From Rickettsiales bacterium (GTDB lineage Bacteria > Pseudomonadota > Alphaproteobacteria > Rickettsiales > JAJNBL01), in the NCBI GenBank assembly GCA_021156175.1, contig JAJNBL010000003.1, forward strand, positions 49,675 through 113,674: a stretch of 64,000 bases of DNA, written 5' to 3'. The notes below the pieces were generated by a model. The model searched no databases, was not told the DNA's origin, and saw only the letters and a list, made by a program, of their open reading frames with translations. Numbering within the stretch: position 1 is the first letter of the stretch; each line of letters begins with the position of its first letter. A program made the translations under genes and the position numbers. Shown here one piece after another: positions 25,921-35,542 of this stretch.

Positions 25921-27420
25921 TTACACAAACCGTGCGGCCCCTTCGGCTGCACGCATCAGCGCTTTTGCTTTATTGACGGTTTCTTCAAATTCTTTTTCTG
26001 GATCGCTATCGGCGACCACACCGGCGCCGGACTGGACATAAAACTTCCCGTCTTTGACTAAGCCTGTGCGAAGTGTAATGCAAATATCAACCGCGCCGCC
26101 CGCACCGAAATACCCCACACCGCCTGCGTAGAAGCTGCGTTTTTCGGGTTCTAACTCATCGATAATTTCCATCGCGCGAATTTTTGGCGCACCTGAAACG
26201 GTGCCTACCGGGAAGCTCGCTTTCAAGGCATCTATCGCGGTGCAGCCTTTCTTCAATTTGCCTTCCACATGGGAGACGATGTGCATCACATGCGAATAAT
26301 ATTCCACGCCAAATTGTTCTTTGACGTTCACCGAACCCACTTCTGCAATCCGACCAATATCATTACGGCCAAGATCAAGCAGCATTAGATGCTCCGAGCG
26401 TTCTTTCGGATCATCCAGTAAATCTTTGGTGAGTGCTTCATCTTCCGCTTTATCCGCACCACGCTTGCGTGTACCTGCGAGTGGGCGGAGGATGATGATG
26501 TTGTCCTGTTTTTTTAGCAAAATCTCAGGGCTTGAGCCCACGAGTGCAAAATTTTCCATTCCCATATAAAAGAGATAGGGTGAAGGGTTGAGATGTCTCA
26601 GCGAACGATATAGTGCAAACGGCGGAAGGTGGAAATCTCCGGTGAAACGCTGTGATGGCACGACCTGGAAGATATCACCGGCCAGGATATATTCCTTCGC
26701 TTTCTTCACCATCTGGTGGAAGCTTTGTGGCGTCATATTGGAATTAAACGTCAGGTCTTTGACTGGCGCTGGAGATTTACGGTAATCTCGTGGATCAAGC
26801 GGCGAACTTAAGCGGCTAAGCACCGGTGCAATCCGTGCAAGTGCGCGCTCATAGGCATGTTCAGGAACTTCATTACGATTGAGGCGGATTGGCGTAATCA
26901 CCGTCATCGTATCTTTGACCGAATCAAATACTACGATAATTTGCGGACGGATGAAGAGGCTGGTGGGGATGCCAATCGGATCAGGATTTTGATCCGGAAG
27001 CTTTTCCATCAAACGCACCATATCGTAGCTGAGATAACCAAAAAGGCCAGACGCCATCGGAGGTAAATGCTCAGGAATCGTGAGGGAAGATTCATCAATC
27101 AGTCCTTGCAGCGCAGCTAATGGCTCGCGGTCACAAGGCGTGAATTTTTCTGGGAAATCGATCGGGTTACGGTTAATTTGTGCGCGATCGCCCGTGCAAC
27201 GGTAGATGAGATCCGGCATAAAGCCAATGATCGAATAACGGTCGCGGCGTGCGCCATCTTGTACGGATTCGAACAAGAAATGGTAGGGGCTTAAGCCCAT
27301 AAGTTTTAGCATCGCGGAGACGGGTGTTTCAAGGTCAGCCGGGAGGGTGACGTAGGCGAGTGGTGTCTCGCCCCGTTTGTGTTGGCTCAGGAAACTGTTC
27401 AAATCGGGTGTAATATGCAT
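25921..27420 (-). CDS. trpE: anthranilate synthase component I
   Basis: Start taken at ATG 27420. Chorismate-binding blocks LAGTRKRG, GAPKIRAMEIIDELE and FYAGGVGYF are present. Confidence 0.92.
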   Translation of the reverse strand: MHITPDLNSFLSQHKRGETPLAYVTLPADLETPVSAMLKLMGLSPYHFLFESVQDGARRDRYSIIGFMPDLIYRCTGDRAQINRNPIDFPEKFTPCDREPLAALQGLIDESSLTIPEHLPPMASGLFGYLSYDMVRLMEKLPDQNPDPIGIPTSLFIRPQIIVVFDSVKDTMTVITPIRLNRNEVPEHAYERALARIAPVLSRLSSPLDPRDYRKSPAPVKDLTFNSNMTPQSFHQMVKKAKEYILAGDIFQVVPSQRFTGDFHLPPFALYRSLRHLNPSPYLFYMGMENFALVGSSPEILLKKQDNIIILRPLAGTRKRGADKAEDEALTKDLLDDPKERSEHLMLLDLGRNDIGRIAEVGSVNVKEQFGVEYYSHVMHIVSHVEGKLKKGCTAIDALKASFPVGTVSGAPKIRAMEIIDELEPEKRSFYAGGVGYFGAGGAVDICITLRTGLVKDGKFYVQSGAGVVADSDPEKEFEETVNKAKALMRAAEGAARFV

Positions 27421-27537
27421 AAGACTGCAAGTATACGAGGTTTTAAAAAGAACGCTACAGGATTTATAGGATTGCGCGAGTGGAAAATTTTCCTGTATGG
27501 TTGCGCTCTCACTTTTCTGTTCAACCTGGCGGTATCT

Positions 27538-29631
27538 ATGAAGTATATTTCTTCCTTGCGCGATGCTTTCTGGCATGATCGGATGCGCTGGGTGTTGTGG
27601 ATGCCGGTGCTAATGGGAATTGGCATTGCGGTATATTTCCTGTTGCCAACAGAGCCTCCTTTTTGGCCAACCGCTCTGCTGGGGGGAGTTACGTTATCGG
27701 CGTTTCTCCTATTAAGACAGAAACTTCCTGAGCGATTTGTTTGGCGCTATGTGATGCTCGGGATTGCATTGGCTTCGTTTGGATTTGGCGCTGCGCAATT
27801 TCGGACGTATTCTGTCCATACTCCAATGATTGTCAAAGAAACCGGCGCGGTGCGGATCGAAGGAAAGGTGGAATATGCGGAAACCATCGCCAAAGGCAAA
27901 CGATTTGTGGTCGTTCCTTCGTTTATTGAACGTTTAGACCAATCCCAGCTCCCAAATAAAATCCGTGTTACCCGCAACGGCAAGACGGATACGACCCAGA
28001 TTGGGGATAAAGTAGAATTCTTAGCCGTGCTGAGGCCGCCACCGCCGCCAGTATTGCCCGGAGCGTATGACTTTGGACGTTATGCGTATTTTCAGCAAAT
28101 CGGTGCGGTGGGATTTGTGGTGAGCCCAATAACGGTACTTGAGCAGGGCGGGGAAAAACTTTCCTCCGTTTTGTCTTGGGTTGAAACATTGCGTGAAGGA
28201 ATAGCGCAACGAATATGCGACAGATTAGAGAAAACTCCGGCAGAAATTGCTTCGGCATTATTAGTTGGGAAGCAGCAGGGAATTCCACAAAGATCGATGG
28301 ATGCAATACGCGCTTCGGGACTTGCGCATTTACTTTCGATATCCGGGCTGCATCTGGTGATGGTGACGGCAATGATCTTCTTTACCGTACGGGCGTTGCT
28401 CGCGTTGTTGCCTTCGATCGCAGTGCGGTATTCGATCAAGAAATGGGCGGCCGTGGCGGCGTTGGTTGGAGCGGGATTTTATCTTTTACTCTCGGGTTTG
28501 CCGCCTCCGGCGCAGCGCGCATTCTTCATGAGCGGAATTATCCTTTGTGCAATTTTGATTGATCGCGTACCACTCCCGATGCGAAGTATCGCACTGGCGG
28601 CTATCCTGATCTTGCTGTGGCAGCCGGAGAGTATGCTGGGGCCGAGCTTCCAAATGTCCTTTGCTGCGACGGCTGCGCTGATTGCGATTTATGAGGGGAA
28701 AGTCGGGTTTGATGAGAAGGACTATTTTATCCAACAGCGCCCGCCAATTTGGAAACGTATTGGCCGAAATATTGGAGGAACGGCGCTTGCCTCAATCGTT
28801 GCGGGCTTAGCGACCGCGCCCTATGCGCTTTATCATTTCCATCGTTATCCGCTATATAGTGTGCTCGCGAACGTGGTCGCGGTGCCGCTGACGACTTTTA
28901 TTATTATGCCGCTTGGGATGTTGGCGCTCCTTCTTATGCCTTTTGGGTTGGAAGGTTTCGTGCTTGTGCCGATGGGATGGGGCATTCAAGGTGTAATGAT
29001 AGTTGCGGAGCGAACAGCTTCCTGGCCATGGGCGGTGCAATCCATTCCTGCGATTTCGATGCCTGCGCTTGGGTTTATGACCTTTGGAATGTTGTGGCTG
29101 GTATTATGGCAGGCGCGCTGGCGGTATATCGGGGTTGGCATTTTTGCGGGTGGAATGTTAGTGGCGTTTCTCTCTTATCGCGTGCCGGATATGCTGATTC
29201 GTATGGAAGAAGGCGAGCCGTTTATCGCGGTTAAATCCGATGATGAGGATATGGTCGTGGTGGCAGGGAATGCGCCGGGGTATGTTGAGCAAACCTGGGA
29301 TGAATATTATGGCTTGGAGGCACCGAAGAAAGGGGATATTAAGCCATCGTCTCTCTTTTCTTGTGATGCGCGGGGATGTGTTTATCGTGTGGATGCGGGA
29401 AGTATCGCGGTGACGGATGATATGTCGGCTTTGCGAGAAGATTGCGGGGAGGTTTCAGCTCTGATTTATACCGGATTTGTGCGGTTACCGAGATCGTTTG
29501 CGTGCGAGAATACCCAAATTATCCAGCGTTATGATCTTGCTCGGGGAACGCATAGTCTTCGTTTGAGAGGAGATGGGGTGGATATTGAAAGCAGTGCAGA
29601 CGCACGGGGGAGTAGACCTTGGACGCAATAG
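27538..29631 (+). CDS. comEC: ComEC/Rec2-family competence membrane protein
   Basis: Start taken at ATG 27538. The protein is multi-pass and carries the ASGLAHLLSISGLHL competence-domain block. Confidence 0.85.
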   Translation: MKYISSLRDAFWHDRMRWVLWMPVLMGIGIAVYFLLPTEPPFWPTALLGGVTLSAFLLLRQKLPERFVWRYVMLGIALASFGFGAAQFRTYSVHTPMIVKETGAVRIEGKVEYAETIAKGKRFVVVPSFIERLDQSQLPNKIRVTRNGKTDTTQIGDKVEFLAVLRPPPPPVLPGAYDFGRYAYFQQIGAVGFVVSPITVLEQGGEKLSSVLSWVETLREGIAQRICDRLEKTPAEIASALLVGKQQGIPQRSMDAIRASGLAHLLSISGLHLVMVTAMIFFTVRALLALLPSIAVRYSIKKWAAVAALVGAGFYLLLSGLPPPAQRAFFMSGIILCAILIDRVPLPMRSIALAAILILLWQPESMLGPSFQMSFAATAALIAIYEGKVGFDEKDYFIQQRPPIWKRIGRNIGGTALASIVAGLATAPYALYHFHRYPLYSVLANVVAVPLTTFIIMPLGMLALLLMPFGLEGFVLVPMGWGIQGVMIVAERTASWPWAVQSIPAISMPALGFMTFGMLWLVLWQARWRYIGVGIFAGGMLVAFLSYRVPDMLIRMEEGEPFIAVKSDDEDMVVVAGNAPGYVEQTWDEYYGLEAPKKGDIKPSSLFSCDARGCVYRVDAGSIAVTDDMSALREDCGEVSALIYTGFVRLPRSFACENTQIIQRYDLARGTHSLRLRGDGVDIESSADARGSRPWTQ

Positions 29632-29664
29632 AAGAGTGTTTTGTCAGCTTAAGCCTAGAGTTAG

Positions 29665-29712
29665 GCGGAGTCGAAGGGTCTTCAATAGAAAAGATACTTC
29701 GACTCCGCTTTC
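29665..29712. terminator. hairpin between convergent comEC and entericidin-like gene
   Basis: 12-bp stem gcggagtcgaag / cttcgactccgc followed by tttc. Confidence 0.55.
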
Positions 29713-29741
29713 TCTGCGTTCAGTATGGCATAGTTACCAGG

Positions 29742-29882
29742 TTAGTTGTGGCGTGCACCACTACGTTCCATTTTGCCGCCCACTTTTTGGACGTCACGGC
29801 CTAAGCCTTCCCACATGTTGCATGCAGAGATTGCCATGAGGACGAGTAATCCCGATACAATAGAAATCACAGTTTTCTTCAT
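29742..29882 (-). CDS. entericidin (EcnA/B)-family small lipoprotein, 46 aa
   Basis: Hand-translated; the gene is below the ORF-track cutoff. The product is MKKTVISIVSGLLVLMAISACNMWEGLGRDVQKVGGKMERSGARHN, with an ISAC lipobox followed by the G.G.D....G pattern. Confidence 0.75.
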   Translation of the reverse strand: MKKTVISIVSGLLVLMAISACNMWEGLGRDVQKVGGKMERSGARHN

Positions 29883-29975
29883 AAATCCTCCAATAAATAG
29901 GATGTTGTGTTATTGTTCGATGATAGCTTCTATGCTATACGTGCGTACCATATCGTTTTTTTGGAGTCAGTGCAA

Positions 29976-30734
29976 ATGCCTCGTACCATTTCCCGTCCGC
30001 TTATTGGAATCACGCTTGATTGGCAAGAAAAAGGAACCTTCTCACGGCTCCCGCATTACGCGCTGCGCGAACATTATTTCGCCTGTATTCATGCGGCCGG
30101 TGGTTTGCCGGTGGCGATTCCACATAATGCCAAAGCGATTCCGGATTATCTTTCGCTCGTCGATGGATTGCTTGTGCCGGGAGGTGATTTCGGGCTATTG
30201 GCTAAATGGTATATCGATCCCAATGAGCCGAAGCCGTATGCAGCGTCGCCTCGATTAGAATTTGATATGGCAGTGATTAAAGGGGCGCTTGCTCGCGAGA
30301 TTCCGCTGCTCACCGTCTGCGCAGGGATGCAAATTATGGGCGGAATGATGGGATGTAAGTTGACGGCAAACATCAATAATTATTGCAATACGTCAATTGA
30401 GCATCATCAGGAAGCACGGCGCGGGGAATATGTGCATCCGGTAAATTTAGTTCCGGGTACGCAGCTTAAAAAGATTGTGCGGGCAGGGGAAAGCTTTGGT
30501 GTGAATACTTGCCACCGTGAGGCGATTGTCCAAGTGCCAAAGAATGGCAAAGTGGTCGTGAATGCGGTTGCGCCGGATGGGATTATTGAGGGGATTGAAT
30601 TGCCCGACTATAAATTCGCTCTGGGGTTACAGTGGCATCCGGAGTTCTTCTATGAAGACGATAATCCGCATTTGAGGATATTTAAGGCGCTGGTGAAGGA
30701 GGCGAAAGGAAGGGGCAATAGATTAATTTCTTGA
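29976..30734 (+). CDS. gamma-glutamyl-gamma-aminobutyrate hydrolase family protein (class-I GATase / peptidase C26)
   Basis: Start taken at ATG 29976. Blocks IGITLD, LLVPGGDF, the nucleophile context LLTVCAGMQIM and GLQWHPE are present. Confidence 0.85.
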   Translation: MPRTISRPLIGITLDWQEKGTFSRLPHYALREHYFACIHAAGGLPVAIPHNAKAIPDYLSLVDGLLVPGGDFGLLAKWYIDPNEPKPYAASPRLEFDMAVIKGALAREIPLLTVCAGMQIMGGMMGCKLTANINNYCNTSIEHHQEARRGEYVHPVNLVPGTQLKKIVRAGESFGVNTCHREAIVQVPKNGKVVVNAVAPDGIIEGIELPDYKFALGLQWHPEFFYEDDNPHLRIFKALVKEAKGRGNRLIS

Positions 30735-30799
30735 TATAATTGTCAATATACTATATATTCCCGCTAATTATTGAGCTAATTAATGGGAGCCTGCCGCTT

Positions 30800-31750
30800 A
30801 TGTCAAAAAATACGTATCCGAATCTTTTACCAAATCACTCAATTATGCCTTTGTTGGAATCTGTTGAGAAAAATGCAGATGTAACGGCAAAGCGCGAGTA
30901 TCATGAAAATACTAGGGAAGAAGGCCTGTCTATAATAAAAACACAAAAACGTGGTTTTGCTACATGGGCTACGTTTACCGTTTTGGTGTCGTGTGCAGCT
31001 TTTGTCCTTGTATGGAAGTTTCCAGAAATGATATCCCAGATGGGTGTATGGGGATATGTTGTAACCGGATGTGCTATAGCGTTTCAGGTTGCTGGTGCAG
31101 CTCTTATGGCAGAAAGTGTGCTATCTTTAAGGAAAAACTTAAACGCACTTGAAACACGTGAGCCTCAGCTCTCTCAAACCCCAGGCCATGAAGCTTGTGT
31201 CCGATTTAGTCAATTGAGCCAGAATGCTGGAATTCCAGAAAAATGGGAGAGAGATGTCGCGTTGGCGCATGAGATAGTAACAGAGGCGCTAAACAATAAT
31301 CGATCCAAGCGTTCTGTAGAGGGATGGCATCAGTTGGAAGCTATCAACGCAGTTTCTGAGTTTTTATATGAAGCTCGTAATGGGAATAGGAAAATCAGGG
31401 GTGAGGAGAAAGCGAAGTTAGTAGAAATAATTACCCAAGATCTTTTTTCAGATGATAAGGATGATCTTAAGTTTAATGGTAAGGAGTTTACTATTGCAGA
31501 CACTTCGTCAGAAAAGAATTTTACGCCGTATGAGTATTTTAAAGCTAAATTGGGAACACTATCTTTAGACGAAAATGAAAAACAATCCGTATCTCTATCT
31601 GTATTAGACACAGGAAAACTTATCGCGAGCAGTCGAAATCCTTCTTCTAGTTCTTCTGCTATCACTAGCTCTATCTCTCGTTCCTCATCATTCGTAGAGA
31701 ATCTACAGAATGAAGGTGATATAGAAATGGGGATATACCCGACTTATTAG
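30800..31750 (+). CDS. hypothetical membrane protein (two adjacent TM helices, Ser-rich C-terminus)
   Basis: Start taken at ATG 30800. The hydrophobic pair is FATWATFTVLVSCAAFVLVW...VWGYVVTGCAIAFQVAGAALMA. Confidence 0.55.
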   Translation: MSKNTYPNLLPNHSIMPLLESVEKNADVTAKREYHENTREEGLSIIKTQKRGFATWATFTVLVSCAAFVLVWKFPEMISQMGVWGYVVTGCAIAFQVAGAALMAESVLSLRKNLNALETREPQLSQTPGHEACVRFSQLSQNAGIPEKWERDVALAHEIVTEALNNNRSKRSVEGWHQLEAINAVSEFLYEARNGNRKIRGEEKAKLVEIITQDLFSDDKDDLKFNGKEFTIADTSSEKNFTPYEYFKAKLGTLSLDENEKQSVSLSVLDTGKLIASSRNPSSSSSAITSSISRSSSFVENLQNEGDIEMGIYPTY

Positions 31751-31783
31751 GCAATTTCTCTCCTTCTTTCCTGAAATAAAACT

Positions 31784-31834
31784 ACCGTTCTACGGTTTTT
31801 TTCCTATGATAAAAGAAAACTGAAACCGTAGAAC
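31784..31834 (+). promoter_or_regulatory. alternative hairpins upstream of queE (candidate expression switch)
   Basis: A small hairpin accgt-tct-acggt plus T7 is present. The sequence gttctacggttt (31787..31798) is also perfectly complementary to aaaccgtagaac (31823..31834), which abuts the queE ATG. Confidence 0.35.
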
Positions 31835-32509
31835 ATGTTCGGCAAAAACCCCAAACGCAAAGCCCTGATGGGTGATGGTCAGATCTTGGAAGTTCAGGAG
31901 ATATTCCCGACCTTCCAAGGCGAAGGCCCGTATGCCGGTTGGCCTGCGGTGTTCATCCGCTTAGGCGGATGTAATTTGGCATGCGATTTTTGCGATACGG
32001 AGTTTGAGAGCTTTAAAGAGCAATCGCTCGCATCCGTACTTCAAACAGTCCAGAAATTAGCCAAGAACCCGGATGGTCAAAGGGTGCGGACACTTATCGT
32101 TATTACCGGAGGCGAACCTTTCCGCCAGCCGATTTCCCCTTTATGCGATGCGCTTCTCGATGCTGGATTCATGGTGCAGATCGAGACAAATGGGACGTTA
32201 TACCGTCCGCTGGATGAGCGCATCAATATCGTCTGCTCTCCCAAGAATACCGGGAATTATGCTCCTATTCGGGAGGACTTGCTCGCGCGCGTTTCGGCGC
32301 TGAAATTTATTGTATCGACAAGCAAAGCGGAATACAGGCATGTGCCGGATGTGGGGCAGGGACAATATAACATTCCTGTGTATGTCCAGCCGATGGATGA
32401 GTATGATCCCGTGAAAAATAAGGCGAATCTGGAATATGCGGTGCGGCTGGTAGAGCAGTGTGGTTATAGGCTTTCCTTGCAACTCCATAAAATAGCAGGC
32501 GTACCATGA
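31835..32509 (+). CDS. queE: 7-carboxy-7-deazaguanine synthase
   Basis: The radical-SAM cluster motif [10 protein letters not shown] is present and queC follows with a 4-nt overlap. Confidence 0.9.
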   Translation: MFGKNPKRKALMGDGQILEVQEIFPTFQGEGPYAGWPAVFIRLGGCNLACDFCDTEFESFKEQSLASVLQTVQKLAKNPDGQRVRTLIVITGGEPFRQPISPLCDALLDAGFMVQIETNGTLYRPLDERINIVCSPKNTGNYAPIREDLLARVSALKFIVSTSKAEYRHVPDVGQGQYNIPVYVQPMDEYDPVKNKANLEYAVRLVEQCGYRLSLQLHKIAGVP

Positions 32510-33195
32510 AAAAACCCTGTGTTGTACTCCTAAGTGGCGGACTAGATTCCACAACGGTTCTCGCGATGGCGAAGGCGGAAGGCTATCTCCCGTATACGAT
32601 GAGCTTTGCCTATGGCCAGCGGCATGCGCATGAAATCACTGCGGCCAAGCGTGTCGCCGAGGCGATGGGGGTGGGCACACATAAAGTCGTGGAGATTAAT
32701 CTCGCAGCATTTGGCGGCTCCGCGCTAACTGAAAGTACCATTGCGGTGCCCAAAGATCGGCATGCGAAGGATATGGGTGCGGATATCCCCGTGACGTATG
32801 TACCGGCCAGAAATACGGTATTTCTTTCCTTTGCGCTCGCGTGGGCTGAGGTTTTAGGCGCTTTTGATATTTTTATCGGCGCGAATGCGGTGGATTACAG
32901 TGGCTATCCTGATTGCAGGCCGGAATACTTGCAAGCCTTTGAAAAAATGGCTAATCTTGCGACGAAGGCAGCAGTCGAGGGGCGTGGGAAAATTCGCATT
33001 CATGCGCCGCTGTTAGAGCTTTCCAAAGCAGAGATCATCCAAAAAGGAAAGGCGCTGGGAGTCGATTATGGCTTGACATCAAGCTGTTATGATCCTACCC
33101 CAGAAGGTAAGGCCTGCGGACATTGTGATGCCTGCCAATTGCGCTTGAAAGGATTTGAAGCGAATGGGTGGAAAGATCCAGCTTTGTATGCTTAA
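32506..33195 (+). CDS. queC: 7-cyano-7-deazaguanine synthase
   Basis: The PP-loop [12 protein letters not shown] and the C-terminal zinc cysteines CGHCDAC are present. Confidence 0.93.
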   Translation: MKKPCVVLLSGGLDSTTVLAMAKAEGYLPYTMSFAYGQRHAHEITAAKRVAEAMGVGTHKVVEINLAAFGGSALTESTIAVPKDRHAKDMGADIPVTYVPARNTVFLSFALAWAEVLGAFDIFIGANAVDYSGYPDCRPEYLQAFEKMANLATKAAVEGRGKIRIHAPLLELSKAEIIQKGKALGVDYGLTSSCYDPTPEGKACGHCDACQLRLKGFEANGWKDPALYA

Positions 33196-33234
33196 GTAAA
33201 ACTATAGTAACAATCACTGCGTATACTACTTTTT

Positions 33235-33822
33235 ATGATCACATCCATGCCTCGCGATATTTTTGAGCGTTTTCCTGTCCTCGATGCAGGCGAGGGGATC
33301 GTATTGCGCGAGCTTGTGCGGGAAGATGCGCCGGCGTTGTTTGAGTATATCTCCCACCCGGAAGTGCAGCGCTTTATTTCCGATGAAGATATCCCACGGA
33401 CTCCTCCAGAAGCCATCCGTGAGACTGAATATTGGGGCGGATTGTTCCATCAGCGGCAGAGTATTTATTGGGCGATTGCGGATAGGGAAACGAATCACTT
33501 GATTGGAACCTGCGGATTTAATTTCTGGAACCGGCTTCATAAGAAGGGCGAAATCAGTTATGATTTGGCGCGCCCGTTGTGGGGGAAGGGAATTATGACA
33601 CGCGTGCTGGAGAAAATGATCCAGTTTGGGTTTGAAGAGATGCAAATGCATCGAATCTCTGCTACGGTATCTCCAGAAAACCCTGCTTCGATCCGAGTGC
33701 TGGATAAGCTCGGCTTTAAGCATGAAGGCTGTATGCGCGAATATAAAATCGTGCATGGTGGCTGGGAAGATGCGGTGATGTACGCAATGTTGGCTCATGA
33801 ATATGAAGCAAGGAAGAAATAA
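33235..33822 (+). CDS. GNAT-family N-acetyltransferase (RimJ/RimL-like)
   Basis: The acetyl-CoA-binding block WGKGIMTRVLEKMIQFGF and the motif HRISATVSPENPASIRVLDKLGF are present. Confidence 0.85.
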   Translation: MITSMPRDIFERFPVLDAGEGIVLRELVREDAPALFEYISHPEVQRFISDEDIPRTPPEAIRETEYWGGLFHQRQSIYWAIADRETNHLIGTCGFNFWNRLHKKGEISYDLARPLWGKGIMTRVLEKMIQFGFEEMQMHRISATVSPENPASIRVLDKLGFKHEGCMREYKIVHGGWEDAVMYAMLAHEYEARKK

Positions 33823-34239
33823 GTGCGGTCTATAGTGCTTGCTTTAGGTCTGTGGATGTTTGGCACCTTTTTGCCGGTGTTTGCTTTGCCTGTGGATGCG
33901 CCTCTCGAAGATCCCAAGCTTGAGAGCCAAGCGGTTGAATTATCAAAAACTATTCGTTGTGTCGTGTGTCAGGGTGAATCAATTTATGATTCCAACGCGG
34001 TGATTGCTCAGGATTTACGGAAGCTGATCCGTGCGCGTTTGTTAAGTGGTGAGAAACCACAAGATATCCGCGATTATATCGTATCGAGCTATGGTGATTA
34101 TGTGTTACTTTCCCCGCCGTTTAAGGAATCTACCTATCTTTTATGGCTCCTGCCGCTATTTTTCCTCATGATAGGGGGCGGGGCTTTTTATCTTTGGGTT
34201 CGCGGGAATGAGAAGGCGAAGCCTACAATTTCCGAATAA
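33823..34239 (+). CDS. ccmH: cytochrome c-type biogenesis protein CcmH/CycL
   Basis: GTG start. A signal peptide, the IRCVVCQGESIYDSNA (CxxC) block and a C-terminal TM helix are present. Confidence 0.85.
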   Translation: MRSIVLALGLWMFGTFLPVFALPVDAPLEDPKLESQAVELSKTIRCVVCQGESIYDSNAVIAQDLRKLIRARLLSGEKPQDIRDYIVSSYGDYVLLSPPFKESTYLLWLLPLFFLMIGGGAFYLWVRGNEKAKPTISE

Positions 34240-34554
34240 GATTTCCTTTCCTCCTGTTTATCAATAGCTTGTCACAATCATTCCTTAGCATATTTCCACT
34301 ATAGTTTGCCCTGTATATTTGCGTAAATAGGCATGGGTTCACTGTGACCATATTCAATCGGTCGCCTTCCAAGAAGCGCAGGCGAAGCAGCAGGAAGCGC
34401 ATCGTCAACAAAAGGTTTTTTCCAAGTAGAAATATCAATAAATCAGTGTCTTATAGAAAGAAGTGGAACAACTATATAAGGAGATGAAGGACGTTCAAGC
34501 CGCCTTATCGTCCGAAAGTCGTAGCGAAGGCAGTCTCATGAAGAGCAGCGGAAG

Positions 34555-35076
34555 ATGGAGGTGGATCAGGAGGAAATGATCCAAAATACCAGGAAAGAAC
34601 GGGATGGTCTTGCAAAACAGGTGGAAACTCAACGCAAACAGATCCATCAAGAGCAAATTGAATTACTCAATCAGGAAGAAAGGAATCTAGGGGAACTTAT
34701 TGAAAAAGCGAAAGAAGAAGAGTTACAGCAGCAATTTGAAGGACGTACTAGGTTAGAAATCACCTTTAAGGTCGAGGAAGAAAAGCGTAAACGTGCAGAA
34801 ACTACTCGTAAAGAAGCAGAAGAATTGATGAGCCGTGCTCGAGAGAAACAGCGTTTAGTCAAAGAGTTGGAGCGGGAAGTGGAAGCGGAAACTTTGGGTG
34901 AAGTTGCTGCCATACACAAAAAAGCCCATGAGCAATTTAAACAGGTAAAAGAACAGAAGCACGAAGTGGCCAAAAAGATACAGGAAAAATTGCGCGACTT
35001 TATCGAGTTTGAGCGCAAACATCGGTCTAGTAATTCAGACACGGAAGAAAGAACTAACGTTAATTTCCTCGTATAA
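34555..35076 (+). CDS. Glu/Lys-rich coiled-coil protein, possibly the 3' part of a decayed larger gene
   Basis: 173 aa with heptad-like charged sequence. Similar coiled-coil coding fragments lie in other frames at about 34370..34555. Confidence 0.45.
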   Translation: MEVDQEEMIQNTRKERDGLAKQVETQRKQIHQEQIELLNQEERNLGELIEKAKEEELQQQFEGRTRLEITFKVEEEKRKRAETTRKEAEELMSRAREKQRLVKELEREVEAETLGEVAAIHKKAHEQFKQVKEQKHEVAKKIQEKLRDFIEFERKHRSSNSDTEERTNVNFLV

Positions 35077-35464
35077 AGGCGCGATCATTTTCAAATATAC
35101 GATTGCGGGTTTGTTCCAGATGTAGCTTTTGTACATGGGAAAGCTCATCTTCTTTTCCTCCCACAAGTTTATCGAATATGTTGGATGCCTGATCGGATAA
35201 GGTTCGTTGAATGCTTTTTAAAATAGGATATTCATCATGTGACAGTTCCTCTAAGGTTACTGCACCCTTCATGCGCCATGCACCGGTGCATGTCTGAGCA
35301 AAGCCAGGAATAGGCATATCTGCGTTTGTGCATAAATCAGAAAAAGTGGCAATGAATTGTTCATTTACTTCTTTGCCGCTTCGTAAGGCTCGTAGCGTAT
35401 TTTGCAGAAAGATATTAATCTCTCTATCTTCGTGCAGATCATTATCAATAGGTTCTGTAGGCAT
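35060..35464 (-). CDS. hypothetical protein (134 aa)
   Basis: ORF only, with no motif. It overlaps the convergent ORF by 17 nt. Confidence 0.45.
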   Translation of the reverse strand: MPTEPIDNDLHEDREINIFLQNTLRALRSGKEVNEQFIATFSDLCTNADMPIPGFAQTCTGAWRMKGAVTLEELSHDEYPILKSIQRTLSDQASNIFDKLVGGKEDELSHVQKLHLEQTRNRIFENDRAFIRGN

Positions 35465-35542
35465 AATAATACTCTATCCTGGTTTTTCCTTGTGAGGAAT
35501 CTACCGGGATAGAGTAAAGATGTCAATTTCTATGGGGAGATG

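Noticed and set aside
31784-31834. Calling the queE leader a preQ1 riboswitch.
   Set aside because: The hairpin loop is only 3 nt, and the A-rich tail does not match the preQ1-I consensus as I remember it. It is kept only as an unclassified candidate switch.
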